Shown one piece after another: positions 60,004-64,000 of a DNA stretch of 64,000 bases; position 1 is the stretch's first letter, and each line of letters begins with the position of its first letter. Origin of the DNA: Octopus sinensis (lineage: Eukaryota); assembly GCF_006345805.1 (NCBI RefSeq), contig NC_042999.1, positions 155,806,001-155,870,000 on the forward strand. The letters run 5' to 3'. The position numbers and the translations under genes are program-made. A model generated the notes under the pieces. That model searched no databases, was not told where the DNA came from, and saw only the letters and a list, made by a program, of their open reading frames with translations.

Positions 60004-61795
60004 TTAAAACCCTACTGGGGTCTAATAACTGAAACTAGTGAAATAATATATCTATATAACCCTGTTCCTGAATCAATTAAAAAGTTTTCCTTTCAGCTTA
60101 CAACAGTTTACAGTCTCTTTGCAAAGCTAAGAGAAGCTAAGTAGATAAAGTAGTAATAAAAATTAAAAAATTACAAAAGCAAGATAAAGAAAATGTATAA
60201 GTTTACAGTGTCCCCAAAAAATTCAGGCACATCAACATTCCCAAGAAGAAACTGCTTAGCTTCCCTGGCTGCCAAATCTCGATTGACCTGAACCTTTAAT
60301 CAGCCAATATCTGCTGCCAACTAGTAAAACAGCTGGTTAAAAAATGAAGATCTCACACAAATATTTGTCTCTCAACTTTAAATCAGACAACTACGAGGGT
60401 GTGTGGGAAGAGACGAGCTTAAGTTGCAGAAAACCTAACCCCATCCAAGCCCCATAGCGCTGTTGTATAGCAGAGTATATGATACCAAAAGAACAAGGTA
60501 TGTACATAGAGTAGGATACACACTGATGCTATTTTGAATGTATTTTTCTCGTGAAGGTGAAATGATATCTTCCTGCCTAGATTTCCTGTAGATGTTCATG
60601 TAGGGAGCAGGTACACAGCTGTAACAATTAGAAAGGTTCTGTAGCAATTAGAAAGGATTCTGTTAGTTTACAGAATGGTTCAAGAATGATACAGTAAACC
60701 TGATGTTTACAAAAAACAAAACTATGTTGCTATGGCAACCGACTACCTCTACTTTTTTTTTTCTTTTCTTTTTTTCTTTTTTACACTAAAGAATTCCCAT
60801 TTTGTTATGATTTATTCGCTAGCATAAAATGCAGAATTATTTAATCATTTAGATATTTTTCAACCATAGTACTAAGTAGTTGAAGTAAAATTAATACAAA
60901 TGAGCTTTAGACCAGTGGCTCTCAACCATTTTTCTGAAAGTAGACCCCTTTAATTCCTGTTCTATTTGGGTGAGCTCTCAGTCATTTGATGTTTAAAAAA
61001 TCCCATTATATTTTTAGAATTAAGTATTATGAGGAATTGTACAAAAAAAAAAAGTTAAAATGTTTTGTGTATTTGTCGAAGTATAAACAATCACTAATGG
61101 TTTGAAATACAATATCACCTACTGTTCTTACCTTAACCCAATCTATATGAGGCCACCACAAGGGTTCTAGGTGAATTTGTCTACAACAATGCGTGAGAGT
61201 GTACAGTTGCGTGTGTGCATAGTTGTGCGCACATGTGTATTTTCAACAGAAATATACTAAGAAAGGGGTTAGTACCTTCCTTGAAAACCAACAATGAAAA
61301 ACCACATTCCACCATATACCTCCAAAGAAAATCCCGTAGTGTTTTCATCTCCATAGTCTTCTTGGGAATGTTGATGGGACTGAATTTTTGGAGACACTGT
61401 AAACTTATACATTTTCTTGCTTTTTAAATATTTTAATAATGAACTCCCACCATAATCAGATCCGCATAAGGCAATGTAAAGAGGACTACAAAATTCCATG
61501 CTACTTCTTGGGATTCAGAATTTTGGTAATTAGTTCCCTTCCTCTCTTAGCCTTTCCTTGTTCTGCTAGACAGGTAAGGCAGAAAAAATGCTGTACCGTA
61601 GCACCAGTAACAGGATACTATAACAATCCTTCATCTAAGATTTGTAAAACATGATAACCTTTGCAGTGTGAAGAACATTCAATTCCTGACATTTCAGGTA
61701 TGGCCTTTTAGAAACAAGGAGTGTGTGGAAAGACTGAAAATCTACAAATGGTGTTTTGCTGATGCAGGTCATCATGAAGTTTCCTTCATCTAGAT

Positions 61796-61886
61796 CAGAG
61801 GTACTCAACCATTTTTAACCTATGGACCCAACAAAATCTTACATGGACCCTACAAGGGTCATAAGGAACAAGGTTGAGAACCAATG
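61796..61886. mobile_element. Very short (91 bp) hAT-type MITE
   Basis: CAGAGGTACTCAACC / GGTTGAGAACCAATG termini; flanks ATCTAGAT / ATCAGGAG (5/8 match). Confidence 0.65.
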
Positions 61887-62766
61887 ATCAGGAGCTATTC
61901 AGCTATCACAAAACCTGGCCCCAATTTTGATAAAACTAGCAACAGAAATTCTAGAGTGATACTTGTTTGGCAAGTGATTTGACTGAAGACTGAGTTGGAA
62001 ACTAAAACAAAGATGGCATGGAAGACACACATTAACCATTCAGAAACACAAACTTAAAAAACAAAACAAAAAGGGTAGCGAGCTAGCAGAATCGTTAGCA
62101 TGCTGGACGAAATGCTTAGCAGTATTTCACCCATCACTTCACTCTGAGTTCAAATTCCACCGAGATTGACTTTGTGGGGTTGATGTAATCGACTGGTCTC
62201 TCCCCACTAATTTCAGGCCTTGGGCTTATAATAAAAAGGATTGCTTGTATCAAAATTTTCATCACACTATCTGCAACCTGGTCAATCATGCAGTTCCATA
62301 GTAACCAGGTCACAGTCGATACCAAATAATGCTGACATGAAGCTAATGGAGTGGGGGTGAATGACTGACAAGTGTCTTCCAAGGTGAGAATGCTGTTTTT
62401 TTTTCTTTTACTAATCTCAATGACTGAGCTTTGGTCATGCCAGGACACCGCTTTGAAGGGTTTAATCAAATCAACCCCATCCCAGTTCTTATTCTATCAG
62501 TTCCTATTAGCCAAACCACTAAGTTATGAAGATGTAAACAAACCGACACTGGTTGTCAAGCAATGAGACACAAACGTGCATGCACACATAACAGGCGTCC
62601 ACACAATTTCCCTCAACCAAATTCATTCACAAAGCAGTGGTCAGTTTGGGTTATAGTGGAAGAACTTGCCCAAGGTGCCATGCAGTGGGATGAACCCAAA
62701 ACCACGACTGGGGGAGCAAACATGATTTCTGCATATTATCATTATCATTTTTAGCATATCATCATC

Positions 62767-62955
62767 AGTTTCAGTCACATGTCTGTGGCCATGCTGGAGC
62801 CCCCCCTTTAGTCAAATCGACCCCAGGACTTATTCTTTGTAAGCCTAGTACTTATTCTATCAGGGTCTTTTGCTGAACCGCTAATTTACGGGGATGTAAA
62901 CACACTAGCATCGGTTGTCAAGCAATGTTGGGGGGACAAACACAGACACACAAAC

Positions 62956-63003
<48 letters not shown>

Positions 63004-63157
63004 GGGCTTCTTTCAGTTTCTGTTTACCAAATCCACTCACAAGGCTTTGGTTGGCCTGAGGCTATATTAGAAGACACTTGCCCAAGGTGCCATGCAGTGG
63101 GACTGAACCCAGAACCATGTGATTCGTAAGCAAGCTACTTACCACACAGCCACTCCT
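62767..63157 (-). mobile_element. SINE family A, full length
   Basis: Reverse complement of the consensus, with an internal (TA)n(GA)n tract. Confidence 0.9.
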
Positions 63158-63836
63158 AAATAAAACACCCAGCCCCTGTAAAAATGAATATTAAACAAAA
63201 AGATAGACAAGGGAAGGGGCTAAATGCATGCTAAGAACTTCACGGAGTGGTTCGTCAGGAAAGCAGCAGCATTCTTATACATAATTCATTCTTTAATGGT
63301 TGCATATTTGTTACAAACCAAAATACTTGATTATGCTACTACTACTTTTACAAGTACTACTACACAAAACATCTCTGTATGACCCCCCCTTTACTACAAT
63401 CCCCAAAATGAATAGAGCTTTGAAACGAAGCTACATAAAAAGCCACTTATTAACATCAATAGAAATAATGTTTAAAGTTAGATGCAGCCAGCAGCAAGAG
63501 ATTACTTGTGAAGGGTGAGGCCACAAACGACACACCAGATTTAAACCGAAGCTGACAGGTTAACATGAATGATGGCTTTTTTAGAATTGAGTTCTCAACT
63601 GTTTCTTTTCAAAGGCAGGTGCCAATGCCAGGAGATATCAGTCTGTGGTAGCATTAGTTTTTATTTTAGCATTATTATTATTATTATTATTATTTATTAT
63701 TTTAAGAAAGATTATTTTCATTTTGTCGATATTCCAAATCTGTAATAGATTGGAAGTTGTAAATCTGACAGTCCTAGGGAATTTCTAGACACCATGGGTG
63801 GTACCCAAGAGAAGAAGTCTCTTAGTTTGTGAGAGG

Positions 63837-63886
<50 letters not shown>

Positions 63887-64000
63887 GCCCCCAGTTGAAA
63901 ATATAGAAAGAATGCATAAATAGAAACATCAAAATAGGGGTTTTAAAATAAGTTTTTTTTTTCTGTTAATAACGTATCTAAAAGAAAATTCAGCTATTAT

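Noticed and set aside
61551-61697. Two small plus-strand exon-like segments (FPCSARQ / CEEHSIPDIS) with good splice sites
   Set aside because: The next in-phase segment hits a stop, and no coherent plus-strand gene could be built.

Overview
This is AT-rich, repeat-saturated eukaryotic DNA. The SINE families match ones I recall from Octopus (coleoid cephalopod); this is recognition from memory, not a database result. Most of the window is intron-like sequence filled with dozens of tRNA-derived SINEs, MITEs and microsatellites. The clearest single object is a full-length, apparently young RTE-clade LINE on the minus strand (12099-16088). It has an 11-bp target-site duplication, an (ATT)n tail and an APE endonuclease + reverse transcriptase + C2H2 zinc-finger ORF broken by only one missing base. 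Fossils of three other LINE clades are recognisable by translation: Hero-like (split by a piggyBac-type MITE at a TTAA site), CR1-like and R4/Dong-like. The R4/Dong fossil shows that one very abundant 'SINE-like' family is a LINE 3' UTR. Also present are a non-autonomous Helitron, hAT- and piggyBac-type MITEs, and hammerhead-ribozyme motifs in Penelope-like remnants (one with complete type-I geometry at 18819-18879). There is an ~85-nt pre-miRNA-like hairpin (25825-25909), several long palindromes and several local duplications. Minus-strand exon candidates with good splice sites suggest a long-intron host gene ending in a PPxY-containing terminal exon (1308-1401), but I could not identify the gene. 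Nearly all ORFs in the supplied track other than the RTE ones are artefacts of repeats. SINE boundaries are approximate (+/-10 bp), and only the better-preserved copies are listed.
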